NCBI RefSeq assembly: GCF_009914755.1
Contig: NC_060931.1
Reading direction: 5' to 3' (one strand)
DNA length: 64,000 bases
Origin: the human T2T-CHM13v2.0 reference genome, Homo sapiens
Below the pieces are notes generated by a model, which did no database searches, was not told the origin of the DNA, and saw only the letters and a list, made by a program, of their open reading frames with translations. This document shows positions 14,147-28,682 of the stretch, piece after piece. Numbering within the stretch: the first letter of the stretch is position 1; every line of letters starts with the position of its first letter. The translations under genes were made by a program, and so were the position numbers.

Positions 14147-14438
14147 GGCCAGGCGCAGTGGCTCACGCCTGTTATCCCAGCACTTTGGGAGGCTGAGGCA
14201 GGCAGATCACTTGAGGTCAGAAGTTTGAGACCAGCCTGTACTAGTAGTGAAACCCTGTCTCTACTAAAAATACAGAAATTAGCTGGGCATGGTAGTGCAT
14301 GCCTGTAATCCCAGCTGTTCTGGAGGCTGAGGCAGGAGAACTGCTTGAACGCAGGAGGCGGAGGTTGCAGTGAGCCGAGATTGCACCATTGCTCTCCGGC
14401 CTAGGTGACAGAGCGAGACTCCGTCTTAAAAAATAAAA
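14147..14438 (+). mobile_element. AluSz/Sx with 20-bp TSD aggatactatagcccataca
   Basis: Full-length Alu; TSD at 14127-14146 and 14439-14458. Confidence 0.95.
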
Positions 14439-14629
14439 AGGATACTATAGCCCATACAAACTTTGATTGGTAAAACAGCTTGACTAGGCATAATTCAGCT
14501 GTCTGTTTTTTAATGTTGTTGAAAAATTCAAAGCATATTGTCACTCAATGAAAAATATGGACATATTTATAGTAGAGATTGTCGATATTTAAACATTTAA
14601 AGAATAAATTGAATCAAATAATGTAGCAG

Positions 14630-14850
14630 CTATTGTATACATACTAAGTACTCAGCAATGTTCAAGGCAATTTATGTATATTATCTCACTTAATTATCAC
14701 TACAACTGTATGACCTAGTTATTAGTATCCACATATTGCAGTTAGGAGAACTGGAGCTCAGAGATTGAATAATTAGCAAGCTCTTAGAAAAAGTCTTGGT
14801 GTTGAATACTAGTCCATTTGATTCTAAAATCCATGGTCTTTCCTGTGTCT
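14630..14850 (-). mobile_element. MIR
   Basis: attatctcacttaattatcactacaactgtatga...ggagaactggagctcagaga. Confidence 0.65.
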
Positions 14851-15353
14851 CATGCTTTCTTCTTTAATGTGTAATGATATTTCCAATAGACAAATCAGTC
14901 TCAGGAATTTTTAAAACAATAAGATTTGAATTTCATAATTCTTATTTCATATGGAGAGTACGGAAATTGAATTCAGATTCTAACTTTGTGACTATCATAT
15001 ACTAACAGATCATGTGTGACAAACAAGAAGAAATCATAATCTTGTAGATACGTTGTTAAGGAAATATCTACTGTTTATACCTAGGGCTCAAAGTTTTTTT
15101 AAAAGAAGATAAAATTAAGGAGAAATAATAACTCATTTAGTATAGAGTTCTCTATAGACTTATTTAAATTTTTTGGAAAAATTAATACTGTATTTCTGTG
15201 TTCTTTTGCATATGTAAATAACATTGATTTCAATTATACTTTAACATTTCAAAAATTAATTTCCTTGTAAACTTGATTCAAAAGTACTATGTTTGGTGAA
15301 TGGAACTACCCTTTATCCTTCTCCTGCCACAGAATGTTTCAAAGTAAATATTT

Positions 15354-15690
15354 GGCCAGGCACAGTAGCTCATGCCTATAATCCCAGCACTTTGGGAGGC
15401 TGAGGTGGGCAGATTGCTTGAGGTCAGGAGTTCGAGAGCAGCCTGGCCAACATAGTGAAACGCCAACTCTACTAAAAATACAAAAATTAGCTGGGCATGG
15501 TGGTGCATGCCTGTAGTCCCAGCTACTTGGGAGTCTGAGGCACAAGAATTGCTTGAACCGGGGAGGCGAAGGTTGCAGTGAGCCGAGCACACTACTGCAC
15601 TCCAGCCTGGTTGACAGAGTGAAACTTCATCTCAAACAAACAAACAAACAAACACCCCAAAAAACCAAAACCAAACAAACAAAAACACCA
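15354..15690 (+). mobile_element. AluSz/Sx with (CAAA)n-type tail, TSD aaagtaaatattt
   Basis: Full-length Alu; TSD at 15341-15353 and 15691-15703. Confidence 0.94.
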
Positions 15691-18409
15691 AAAGTAAATA
15701 TTTGATGGGTTTTGGAGAACAGACCTGACTTTGTATCCCCACTTTGTGATTTGCAAAAATTAACCTGTCTTACAGTGTTGCTTGCTTTAGATGAGGTTAT
15801 ATGGTTGTGGTGCTTAGTGGAATAGCACCAGTAAGTACTATAACATGCATGCCTGCTTGTATAAAATGCGTGTGTATATGAATATATGTTTATTATCGGT
15901 GCCTTCCCCAAATTCCATGTTCTATGATCACTTACATCATGATCCAGAGAAGCTGGAGAATGGTTCTTTGAACTTTTGCCTTTCTTCTTTCTTTGCCTGG
16001 CACCTGGATTTTCTTGAAGACCTTTTGACTCCTTACTGATGAATACTCTAAAATTCTGGTTTGCTCTTTGCCTGTTGCTGCAAGTTCCTAGATGAATACA
16101 GTGAACTTTCCTAGGGAAATAACATTGCTGTAGTATATATTGGAAATAAAAGGGCATGGATTAATAACTTTTCTGCAGATCTCATTATAGTACCTTTAAA
16201 AGCACTGTGTCTTTCATAGGAGTTTCATCTTTTTTTTTTCCCCTTGCCTAAACCCCTTCCAGAATTCACGAGTGGAAATTATAGCACTAGAAGTATAATA
16301 GAAATTCAGCACACTGCCCTGGGAAATACTAAATGTTTCTCTATGAGGAATGAGTCAGCAGCAGGATTTTTTTCCCTGTTAAGTGTCTTTCGTTTGTCCG
16401 TATTTTAGAAAGCTTTTGTAGGCAGGATATATTGGACACTAACAAGTGAATGAGCTGTTTGCCTTGGCTGTATGTATAAACATAATCCCATTTTATAAAA
16501 CATACAAATTCAAGATTTGGGACCCAAACTGTTTATTATGAGACAAAATAGTACAGAGAAAGCAAGTATTTAGAGTAAACCACTTTGTTAGAAGATCAAA
16601 GATTAAATTTTGGGGCTGGGATTCCAAAGGACTGATAATTTTGAGCTAGTCTCTAGTGGTTATGTGCTGTCAAATGCTTTAAAACTTTTCAGGAATTAAT
16701 TCTCTTGAATTAAGCAGAGTCATTCAAAAATGATCAGCATTGTTGCTTCTAGAGGATTGGAATTTTAGAAGCAATATTGTCAAATTATCATTTGAAGCTT
16801 GTGGTGCTTTTGTGCATTGACTTTTACTTAGGAAGGTATTAGTGGCATTTATTTCAGAGAGAAGTAAAATCACAATACTTGGCATTATTTATTATTGTTT
16901 ACCATTCAAGGAATTTTATGGCTAAAGATATATGAATTTATTTTTTTAAAGAAAGTTGGAACAGAGACCAAAAAATCCATGAATCCTGTTTCCCAACATG
17001 AAAATTTTCTCCCCCACCCTCCAGTGAAATATCCTGTTCCAAAACATTAGTTATTCTGAGACAAGATACCCATACTGTAATTTTCCCTAAAAGTTTCATC
17101 ATCTTATTAAATATATTCTGGTTGTGATGCATTGCAGGCTTGTTTTCATTTGTCTTTATGTAAAGAGAATTAATGTTGTGTGCTATTTTGCTAGAAATGT
17201 AGAAGGAAACAAACTAGTGAATTCTTTCTTGCTTTTAATTCCTACAGAGCCAGGATACTTTCCCAGCCAGTTTTTTAAAAAATCACTTTGGTGACCTACT
17301 TATTATTTTATTTTATTTTGTTTTTGATCTCCCAAACTATCTGTTGTCTATTTATAGGAGAAATATTTTGTCTTTTCTGTTCATTCATAATCTATCAGTG
17401 TCTTTAAGCCTCCACTTACTATTAAATGAAAATATTCAACCACAATTATTGCCAACTTGATAAACATTAGGGTAACATGTGCCTTGCTAATTTACCAGAA
17501 CCACCTGCTACCCATTATTTCTCTAGAAAGACAGGCAGCGTCTTCAACTTCAGATGGTGACTGTGGCCTGAAGCCTCTGCATTTCAGAATCAATTTCTTC
17601 AACTCCTGCTGCCTAATTGTTGATTCTTTCCCAAAATCTGATTCATGAGTATTTTTATATTATTTTTATTTGAAAGAAGCTGGAAGGAGTTCTGTACTTA
17701 ACAAATAAGAAAAGCATAAGGAAGAGATGGAAGAAAAACTTCTCAAAGATGTGGTATCTTGTCAAGAATATGGAAGAAAAGAATGTGGGAAAAGAGAATG
17801 GTTGGTATGTGTGAGGGAAATGGACCTGTTTAAATGCAAAGGCAAAAATTCATTGCAGGAAGGGATGGTGGAGGTCAGCTTCACTTAGGTAGAGCTGTAG
17901 GTCCTAGAGAGTGCAGAAGGCGTTGAGTGAGTTGGAGCCGTTGCTTCCAGGGAGACCTTTCTCTCTTTTGGAAGGAAACCATTTTAAAAGGTTCATTGAC
18001 TTCTGTTATGAAGAAAAAGATTAAATGTCAGATGTGAAAAGCAGAGAACTTTGTGGGTTTTGGGCTTGTTGTAATATTGAAGAAAGCTTCATGGAAAACA
18101 TGGGAAAGAAATATACTTTAATGCTAAAAGTAGTTGTGTTTGGTTAGTAGGGTTGTAGTCTTTGCTTTTTCATCTCTGTTTTGCACCTCAAGTTATAGTG
18201 AAAATAATTCATTGTCAAAAAATTAAATTATTACTCAGGTTATTTTAATCACAAGAAATTATTAGAAATAAAAATGCCTGTGGGGGTATGAATGTTCATA
18301 AAACTAAATTTTAATATTGAAAAATATAATACCTGTTTTTAAACCAACTTGACATCATTCATTAATTTTATTATATATGTGTATCTTTATATATATTTGG
18401 TTATTTATT

Positions 18410-18530
18410 GGCTGCCTCTAGAATGGAAGAGAAGAGAGCACTAGTTTGTCTTGTTCAGTACTGGTGTATCTCCAGAATCTAGCACAGTGCCCACCTGACC
18501 CATAATAAATATTTGTTGATTGCAAGAATA
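18410..18530 (+). mobile_element. L2 3' end fragment
   Basis: ttgtcttgttca...ctagcacagtgcc...aataaatatttgttga. Confidence 0.6.
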
Positions 18531-18728
18531 AATTCCACATTTATGAAATATCTGCCATGGACCAGACATTGGGTAAAATGCCCAACAAATTATATGTGGT
18601 CCCTGTCCTCATGGAGTTTAAAGCAGGAAGGAAGGCGTTACTCAAAGAACGCTAAGATGTGAGAATGAAAGCAGCCAGATTCTTGATATGCCATTTTCAC
18701 TGTTTTTGCTTACCTCTGTATTGATTAA

Positions 18729-18991
<263 letters not shown>

Positions 18992-18999
18992 TTGATTAA

Positions 19000-19720
19000 A
19001 TTTTAACTGTTGCCAACTGTGCTTTGCTTAGAGATGATACCAATTTTTCATGTAATGGATAATGTTTGAGAGTTCCTATATCCCCTTGCCAACAGATTGT
19101 ATTATCAAATACTTTTATCCTTGCCAATCTGAGAGGTGAAAAATGGTATTTTTGGATTTGCATTTTTATTGTAAGGTTACACTTCTTTTCGTTTGTATAA
19201 AAGTAACTTGTCATGATATCTGGGTTATATATGGATGTATTACTTCAAAATAAAATGAGTTGCAAATGAGTGAAGATATAGATACAATAAGCCATGAAAT
19301 GATACTGAAGCAGGGTGATAGGTACAAGGTGGTTCATTATCCTATTATCTTCACTTTTTTAATGTTTGAAATTTTCAACAGTACAATGTTTAAAGTGTTT
19401 ATTTCCTTTTCAATGAATTATTTTTCTAACATGTTTGTCTCATTGATTTGTAGGAACTCTTTACATATATAGGAAATTTGTTCTTTGGGATTTATTTTGT
19501 AATTTTCTGCCAGTTTCTTTCTCTTTTGACTTCATGATGTTTCTGGGCATGTAGACATTTGTTTTAATTTTTTATGAGGGTATATTTATCAGGTTTTATA
19601 GCTTCTGGGTTTTGTGTCATACTTAGAGCTTCCCTACTCTTAGATTATAATAAAATTTTCAACACTTTTCTAGTACTTATATAGTCTCATTCTTAATATT
19701 TATATCTTTGATACATCTGG
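19000..19720 (-). mobile_element. Old L1 (L1ME-like) fragments
   Basis: ORF2-like minus-strand ORF 18996-19214 (KMQIQKYHFSPLRLARIK). Confidence 0.65.
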
Positions 19721-21576
19721 GATCTGAAGGAGTGACCAAACGACTTTTGAGCACACCTGACACATACTATACTGTATTGTAAGGGGTTGTACACCCTTTT
19801 CTTTTCTGTCATCCATGTGTCTGTCATGTAATTGTCCATGTTAGCTGCATAATTGCTGAATAATTCTAACGCTGAGTCGTTTATCATATGGTGATGGTTC
19901 TTCTCAAGGTTGGTATTTGCCACATTTTCTAAAACTCTTTTTTTCCTCCTGGTTTCTCAGTCTGTGAAGACTATAGATTTTCAGAAATACGTTGAATTAT
20001 TGCTCTAAAATTGGAAAAATATACTTTTGAAATATTTTTTATAATTTGGAGGCCAGAATTCAGAATGAGGGCATACTGCTGTAATAGAACTTTCTTATAA
20101 AATGGTTTTATCTGTGAGGAAGACTAAAGGCTCAGGCCTCAAGGATAGTTTTATAGTATGAATACAATGTTTATGGAAGGAGAAATAAATGAAATATTGC
20201 TCATGATTTTTTTTAGACCTGTGGCTAGATTCAGGCATGAGTTTCTATTTCACATAAATAGCATTTCGTTTTATCTCTTCTTTCTATATTAGTTACCCTT
20301 CTTCTAAGTATCCGAAATGCAGGACATGGTGGAATTGGTCATTTTATTTTACAGAAAAGTCATTCAAGAGCAGCTTTGAAGCAAGGTCAGGCATTTTCCT
20401 TGTGGCTTCTTATAGCCATTCCCAGGCACCGCATGTAGCACCTGGACATGCTTGGAATCAGGAAGGGCCTCCGTGTAATTTAGATGAGTAGTTAATTCGA
20501 ATCAAAGCAAGCGGGAAGCAAGTAAATTTAACTTCAGTGATTATGATTCCATTTGATTAAATCTCTACTTTTGATTACACATATCATGAGAACATGCTTT
20601 AAATATACCCAACTATTTAATATTGAAGGGGATGAATAGGATGAACCAGGGACATATAGAAGAAATTCCACTATTCTTCAACTAGGATATGTCCCCTGCA
20701 GCTTAACTGAAATATTTTTAGAACAAATGAAAGGATAATTTTTTTTACATATGGGACTTGTTACTCCAATTGTTAACTAAAATATATAACTCATTACCAT
20801 GAAAGGTCCCAAGTCTATATACTTTCTAGTAAGACTTAAATAAATTAATGGATAATAGCTCCATCACATATACAGTGTCTGAGAAATGTCAATAATGTTC
20901 ATAGTTCTTTTGTAAACATGAGTTTGGACAGCTATCATTCTGGTTGTGTATTGTCCTTTGGTTATAGTCATTAGAGAAAGGCTTCTTGGCTGAATAGGCC
21001 AGAGATGTTACTCAATATTACATTTCTTAAACCTTTGTGTTTTATGTGGCAAAGTTAAAAAAAAAAAAAAAAAACCTACTCTCGATTTCTCTTGTTTTAC
21101 ATATTATAGTAGGTTCAAATTAAAGATCTGACCAGTCAAAGAAATAGAGACAATCTGTTTCATGGACTGTAATAACTTTATTTAGATGGCAGCCATCATG
21201 CTGTATCAAGGCCACTTCTCTGTTTGCTAGAGTGGGAGCTGCCTTAGGTTTTGTCATTTTTGTGCACTTGCTATTGTTATAATAGGAAAGGCACTCCAAG
21301 TTCAAAATAATACTGGATCTTTTCATTGCAAAAATGAACTAACAAACCTATGTCAAAAGAAATTCTTACGTTGATGATGTGTAGGGGTGGTGTCATATAT
21401 GATTAAAGCACCTTCATGTGTCTCTCAGGCTGTATTTCAAATTGTCTGGGTCTTCTAGCTCCTGCCCCATCCTCTTGCTATAGTCTCTAATCAGATTGGA
21501 CTGTGAGTTTATAAGGGGAGGTAACTTTGTGTTTGCAGCCTGATTTAGGGCTGGGCACATACGAAATGCCTACAAG

Positions 21577-21883
21577 TTTATTTTTATGGAGATGTGGTCT
21601 CACTCTGTCGCTGAGGCTGGAATGTAGAGGCCCAATCATCATGGCTCACTGTAGCCTTGACCCCCCCTGGGCTCAAGAGATCCTCCTGCTTTAGCCTCCT
21701 GAGTAGTTGGGACTACAGGTATATGACACGATGCCTAGCTATTTAAAGTATTTTTTTTTTTTTTTTTAAGAGATAGTGTCTCACAGTGATTGCCCAGGCT
21801 GGCCTTGAACTCCCGGTCTCAAGAGTCTTTCCACTTTAGCCTCCCAAAATACTGGGATTACAGGTGAGCCACCATGCCTGGCC
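21577..21883 (-). mobile_element. AluJ inserted in an L2 3' tail
   Basis: Diverged dimeric Alu; L2 tail sequence on both sides (ctgggcacatacg...|...aatgaatgaatgaa). Confidence 0.9.
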
Positions 21884-21954
21884 AGTTTTAATGAATGAAT
21901 GAATAAGAAAAAGATGCAAATAAGGTCATTTAGTGGAAGTTATTATTATTATTT

Positions 21955-22126
21955 TCAGCACTACTCACAGTGGGTCTATGGACCCACATCACCAGTGTCA
22001 CTAGAGAGTTGGAAATGCAAATTTCCCCAAGAAGCAGTGGTTATTAAATTGGAATGTTTGGATGCAGGGCCCACAGGACTCTATGCCTTAGTTGATTCTT
22101 ATGCACACTGAAGTTTGAGAACACTC
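21955..22126. mobile_element. MER5-type hAT MITE
   Basis: gattcttatgcacactgaagtttgagaacact terminus. Confidence 0.7.
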
Positions 22127-24159
22127 TTTAGATAACATCACAAACATCATAGAATTTTGCAGTTTTGTAGTATTCACGCTTTGCAAAGCCATCTGCCATC
22201 TGGTATCTCACCTGAGTGAGCCTCACCACTTGCCTCCTCACAGGCAGGGGCATTATTATTAATCCCAGATTTACCCAGAGAAATGTGAAAGCTGAAATAA
22301 TTTGACAGTTCACAAAGCTTGTTCGTGGTGCAATTAAGATTAGAAGTAGTCTTTTTCCACCATGTAAGTTTGCTTTCTGGCTTATATAAACATGATGTTT
22401 CCAACCCATGTCATGGGCCTGATTTTGTTTGTCCTCAGAAGGACGATATCTGTACTAAATATCCATTTTCCTGCCCATACCTCACACTGTGGTCAGTGGC
22501 AGGCCTCAGAGATAGCTGGACATGTTGAGAAGCGTGAAAAGCAGCCACAGAGTGCCTGGATTTTAATTAGGTCACTTGAGAATCAAATTTTATTATCTAA
22601 ACAATTCCTCTAGGGGCATTCTTGTACTAGGAACAATATAGTACTAAGAACAACAAAGCACTTGTACTAAGAACAACAAAGCACTAAGAATATGCACCTA
22701 AAATCTTAACTTTTGTTATCCCTGGGAAGTGGATTTATGGATCATTTTTCTAATATTCCACTATGATGAAATGTTATTTTTGGAATGGGGGAAAGGATTT
22801 CAAAAGAATGATACTGATACTTTAATTCAAAGAAATAGGGCCTGGGTTTATTTTCTAATTTTAGCCACAAATTTGGCATACATCAGGATTAGACGTTTGA
22901 GGTCATCTCTCCAGAACTCAGAAACCTGACTTGACAAGGAGGGAGTAACACAGGAAGGAAGTGACTAGCACCAGGCCCCACTTCAGTATTCTTGTTATTT
23001 TTACTGTGTTTCATTCTATATTACTACTAATTTTTTCTTGCTCTTTTCATAGAGCAGATGGAGAATTAGTCAGCACTCTTTAAATAGTAACCCCTTTTTA
23101 CATGAAGACTTATTAATAAGTGGTAAAACGTATTTCTATCCCTTAGAAGTAGGTATTAGATAACCTTGAAGATTAAATGGGCTCCATGTCCTATTTGAAA
23201 TGAAAAATAGTAGCTCAGCCAGGCTTATTAAGGAAATGTGTATGAGAGATATGGGCAGGTAAAACAAAGACCATTTTTATCTAATTATACGTTTCTTTTT
23301 ATAAAATTATAAAGTTTTTATATAAAGTCTACGCTCTGAGTTCACTACTTTCTTACCTTTTAGAGCATAATCGTAGGGAAATAAACATTCTATGGTTATT
23401 GCTTTTGTCAGTGGGGAAAAGCATAACCCTGATATTAAAGTCTCAGCAGACAAGTAGTAGAACAGAACTAATTCTTCTATCTTGTGTGTGTCTTTGCTTC
23501 GTGACCAAGTAAGGCAGCTTCTTGGCTGCAAACGTGGGTTTTCCAGCCAAATGACTAATTCAAGGTTCCCTGGATGTTAAATTTAGATTCAGATAGTCTT
23601 ATCTCACCTTAAATATTGAGCATTTTTCACAGCTTGATGATGTAGCTTTACACTGTTGATGCTTCTTGCCTTCTGCAACTGTGACTGTTCCTTAATATGT
23701 GCCTCTTCTTAGCCTTCTGCCTTTTTTCATGGTAGCACTTGAAGATGAGATACCTAGGGATCACTTGGGGCTGGAAGTTAATAGATGATCTGGGAGAATA
23801 AGTAACATTTTACTTCTCTAGGAAGTCTGGTTTTAAAACCTGCTGGGTAATTAGAAGTGTGTTTAAAGAATAAACACTTTCTTCATCCTGTTACTTTTCT
23901 GTTTTTTAAATATAAAATAGATTTTATTGCCATATTATTAAAGTTGGCTCTTAAAGTTTGTATCTTTCAGTTCGTAACTGTACTTCATGTTCTCATGTTT
24001 AGCTTGGTAAGGTTACCTTTTTGAGAGCATGGTTTTGTGTGAAATATTTTTTATTGTGGGCTTCTAAAATCAGGAGGTTATAATCTATAACACTTACTTT
24101 CTTACCACCTCTTATCTGTAATCAGGCCTCTCTCCCATTTTGCTGGAGCCCACTTTTTC

Positions 24160-25030
24160 ATTCCTTTATCAACAAATATTTATTGCCTATCATATGCTAT
24201 TTTGCCAATCAGTGTCATGCCAAATATTGGAATACAGTAATAAATCAGAAACTCATACCCACAGTGAGCTTACAGTAGAGGGGAAGAGGAAAGGACTGGA
24301 GGGAAGGAGAGACTAGTTTGAAGACAGTTTTAATAATCCTGGCAAAAGGCAACATGGCCGGCATGAGCAAGGTAACCGTGGCAATGGAGTGAAGGAGGCC
24401 TATTTGAGAGAGAGTAAAGAGGTAGCAGTAAAGAGACTTGGTGATGGCTTGGGTATGAGGGAGGAGGGGAGGTAAGGATTTTTTGCTGGGGCAAGCATTA
24501 CCATTTACTGATGTAGAGAACATGAAGAAGTAGATTTGGGGAAGAATATGATGAGTTCCATTTAAGTCATATTAAGTTAGCGGTCTACAGCTCAGGGGAG
24601 TAATCTGGCCAAGGGATATGTGTGTGAGTTGATAGCAGGTAGATAATTGAAGATTAGGGGCAAATGAGCTCAGCTAGAGAGAGTATGAGGGGGTTGAGAA
24701 GAGTTTACCGCATTTAAGGAACAGGCTGAGGATGAGGTTCCTGAGAAGGAATAACTGGAGAGGTGGCAGGAAAGCAGAAGAGTGGAGGGTTGTGGAGCCA
24801 GTGGAAGACAGTGTTTCAAGGAGGCACAAGTGGGCAGTAGAAACAAGTGCCGCGGCTATTTGATTAGAGGCCAAAGTGGGTTTCTTGGATGGAGCAAAAT
24901 AATTATTTGGGACTTTTAGCAACAGCTGTTTTAGTAGGGTCCCAGGGGTGAAAACCTGTTTGCAGTGAGAAGGAAGAGGCAGTACAGACAGTTCTGTTGG
25001 CTCTCTTTCTAGCCTTGGCTTCCCTAGCAT
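24160..25030 (-). mobile_element. L2 fragment
   Basis: ttcattcctttatcaacaaatatttattg tail followed by a purine-rich L2 body. Confidence 0.7.
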
Positions 25031-25134
25031 TATAGAGTACTAATATCACTTTGGCCTCTCTTCTAAAATACTTTCTCTGTTTTCTAACGCCCCTAAAAAG
25101 GGACAGTCTCCAGAACTGTGTCCTTTGTTCTCTT

Positions 25135-25285
25135 ATCTTTGAACTTCAGTTTCCTTGTCTATAAAATGGCGATAAAGTAGTACCTTCCTTATAGGGCTGC
25201 CCTAAGGATGAAATGAGATAATCCAAGTAAAGTACTTAACACAGTGCTCGGCATGTTGTGAGTAATTAGGAAAGAGTGGCTGTTA
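25135..25285 (+). mobile_element. MIR
   Basis: cttcagtttccttgtctataaaatgg...gatgaaatgagataat...taaagtacttaacacagtg. Confidence 0.8.
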
Positions 25286-26799
25286 TGACCATAGTTCTCC
25301 TTTTTGTTGCTGTCATGATTTCATTGTCATTGTCACTGATACTTCATTTCAGTCTTACTTTCTTAGGGATCTCCTCCATTATGACAGGTAGCTAACTACC
25401 TGCCCCTTGTAGAAGAAGGACCCCAGATCATCATCTTTCATCCCAGACTTCTGCTTATATTGCCATCCTGCATTGCTCATTCTTTTACTCATGAACTCGT
25501 TTGCCCTCAAAATTTGACTGTTTTCTCCATTCTGGACATTGGTCCATGTGTTGTAGGAGAGATGTGTTTACAAAGAACCATAAAATAGGGATTCTGCCTA
25601 CACTTTCTGGCCCAGGAGGCCATGCATACCTGTTTTGTCACTTCTCTCAGTTCATTGTAATAGTTTGTTTGGAGGGACTGTAGAATCACAGAGGAAAGAG
25701 AGAATTGGTTCTTACTCTGTGGATTAGGCCTCTTTTGGTTATAAGTGCCAGGAATTGAAATCACCTAACTTAATCAAAGAGGGGCTTTTTATTAGAATGA
25801 TACAGAATTATTATTATGGAATATAAGCAGGACTTTACTAATCCAGCTGTAAGAAGGAGAGAGATGCAGCTGGGCCTTAGGAACATCCAGAGTATCTATT
25901 ATCTCCTTTCCTTCCCTCTAGATGGTAAATGTTAAAGATACAGGAATTAATTCATTGTTACTTTTAATTTGCTTTTTTTTAAGTGTTACATTCATATATA
26001 TTTTTGTATGTAGCTCTCACAGTCAATTTCTGAGGAACGTGAAATTTGGAGAAGTCTATGATGTCTTGAAAGTCCCATGTCTATTTAATAGAGAGCTGGT
26101 ATTCAAGTCCAGGTTTCTAACTGGTATTTATACCACATTGCCATCTAGGATTAATATTTTCTTTCACTAACTGTGATGCTGCATTGAGTATTACTACATA
26201 CTGTTTTGTGGCTTTAGAAATAACTTGTGAGAGAGGGGTATGTGTGTTATTTTTTTCTGAAGGGTAGAAATTGCAATTAATTGAAATTAAAATCTCTAAA
26301 GTTCTTGGGCCTTTACTAATTCAATTCAGCTTAAGGAATCCTGAGGTAATTTAATGATCTTGCCTGCTCTTTTGTCTTTTTTAGATCAGTGGTGAAAACC
26401 TTTATCCTAGCAGTATGTAAGCAACTGAGCTAGCTGCAACATAATGTTTTATTTCTTTTATTTAATATTTTCTGTTGGGAGTTGGGCAGGGAATGATTTC
26501 AATGGGGCATTGTGTTTTCATCCTTAGTGTGTCTGCAGCTAAAGGCAAACAACTCTTTCTCAATCTTGTGTTGTGGGCAGTCAGAGAGTGTATATAAATA
26601 TTAACAACATATTTCAGTTTATTTCTGGTAGCTTTAAATTGGGACAAGCTAGTGCAGATTTACATCCTGTTTATGTGAATGATTCCTAATCTCTTATTCT
26701 TTGCTGCATCAGAGGAGCGTCGTCTTCCTTTCTCCTTTTCTTTTTAAAGGAGTGTACGTGCTGGTGAGGGACAACATATGATTGACTTTGGTTTCTTTT

Positions 26800-27240
26800 T
26801 CCTTATTAGTCATTCACTGCTTATCCCACTACTGAGTTCCACTCAATGATCCACTGAAACCCTTCTTGTCAAGGTCACTGGGGACCTTAAGTTGTAAATT
26901 TCTCTCTCTTAGCCTTACCATAGCCTTTGACTCTGCTGGTATTCTCTTCTCTTTGGTCCTCTGCAATGTTCCCTGGCTTCCTTCTTCCTCTCTAGTTACT
27001 TTCTAACCATCTTTTTAATGATACTCTTTCCTGGAGTGTTGGTCCTGGACCTCACTTGCTTTTCTTATTCTGCATATTATCCCCGAGTGATCTCATCTCC
27101 TCAAATATTTATCACTTTTAAAATTTCCAGTATCATTCTCTCTGCTGAGCTCCAGACTTGCATATCTGACTCCCTAAGGATATAACACCTTAAACTTAAC
27201 ATATCCAGATAAAAACCCAGCATCTCTCCTTCTACTAGAT
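26800..27240 (+). mobile_element. L2 fragment (continues after the Alu/LTR near 28190)
   Basis: tccactgaaacccttcttgtcaaggtcac...tctctgctgagctccagacttgcatatctgac. Confidence 0.7.
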
Positions 27241-27244
27241 TTCC

Positions 27245-27544
<300 letters not shown>

Positions 27545-27608
27545 TCCTTCCAGATTTCTAATTTCACTTTAATTCTCTCTCCCCCCCGCCCACCCTCCCC
27601 CCCAAAAG

Positions 27609-28185
27609 CATAAACCAAAGAGTATCTGAGACAGGTCTCAATCAGTTTAGGAAGTTTATTTTGCCAAGGTTAAGGACGCAGCCATGACATAGCCTCAGGT
27701 CCTTACGAAATGTGCCCAAGGTGGTCAGGGCACAGCTAGTTTTTTAATTTTAATTTTAATTTTTATATTTTTATTTTATACATTTTAGGGAGGCATGAGA
27801 CATCAACCAGTATGTGTAAAATATACATTGGTTTCGTCCGGAAAGGTGGGGCAAGTCAAGCGAGGAGGGGCTTCTGGGTCATAGATAGATAGAGACAAAC
27901 AGTTGCATTCTTTTGAGTTTCTGATTAGCCTTTCCAAAGGAAGCAATCAGATACAAATTAATCTCAGTGACCAGAGGGATGACGTTGAGTTCTGTCTGTT
28001 CTTTGTCCATGAGGAATTTCCGTGTGGACAAAATGTGAGGGAGGTATGTAGCTTTTTAAAAAAATCTTGGTAGCTACTTTTTTAAGGACTAGAATGGGAG
28101 GCAGGTTTGCACTAAGCAGTTCCCAGCTTGACTTTTCCCTTTGGCTTAGTGATTTTGGGGTCGCAAGATTTATTTTCCTTTCACA
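27609..28185 (-). mobile_element. ERV1 solo LTR, MER4A/MER4A1-like
   Basis: Reverse complement starts TGTGAAAGGAAAATAAATCTTG...AAGGGAAAAGTCAAGCTGGGAACTGC; other end taaaccaaagagtatctgagacaggtctcaatc. Confidence 0.85.
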
Positions 28186-28682
28186 CAGGAAAGGTAACCA
28201 TTCTCCTCAGTGTTGCTCAAGCCAGAAATTTAGACGAAGGAAACTTGAACCTTTCCCTGTCTTTAGAATTGTACCATTACCTCAGCTAGTTCTGTGCATT
28301 TTCTAATTCGATTTTTCCAGCAGTGTTGTGAGTCTCTTAGAACAGTTATTAATTAATACTTTCACTTTGCAGACGGGGACACTTGGAGAAGTTGGGAGAA
28401 TTTTTTTCATAACGAAAGATGTAGGCAGTGTCAGTGCTGGGAAAGAATGGAAATCTATTGTTTCTTACATGTTACTTAAGAAAGAGAAAGAAAAAACCAA
28501 GTGAACTAAAAGAGAAAAGTTGATGTCCTCCTGGTAGTAAGAATGTAAAGGAATCAGCTTTCACAACACCTCGCTTTTTGAGATGCCAGGTTTCATTTTT
28601 CACTGTTTCATGTATTTCCTCTTCAGTGCTAGAGAGGTGTTGGATCTTCACTCTCCCCACTCAGAGCCATAGCTGCTGTTCT

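Noticed and set aside
15627-16157. Longest ORF in the track (176 aa, minus strand)
   Set aside because: No recognisable domain, ends in the Alu tail microsatellite, and has low-complexity composition; probably chance.
19693-19923. Minus-strand ORF with NYAANM resembling the RT YADD motif
   Set aside because: Similarity is too weak to call by eye; would need a Dfam/HMM search.
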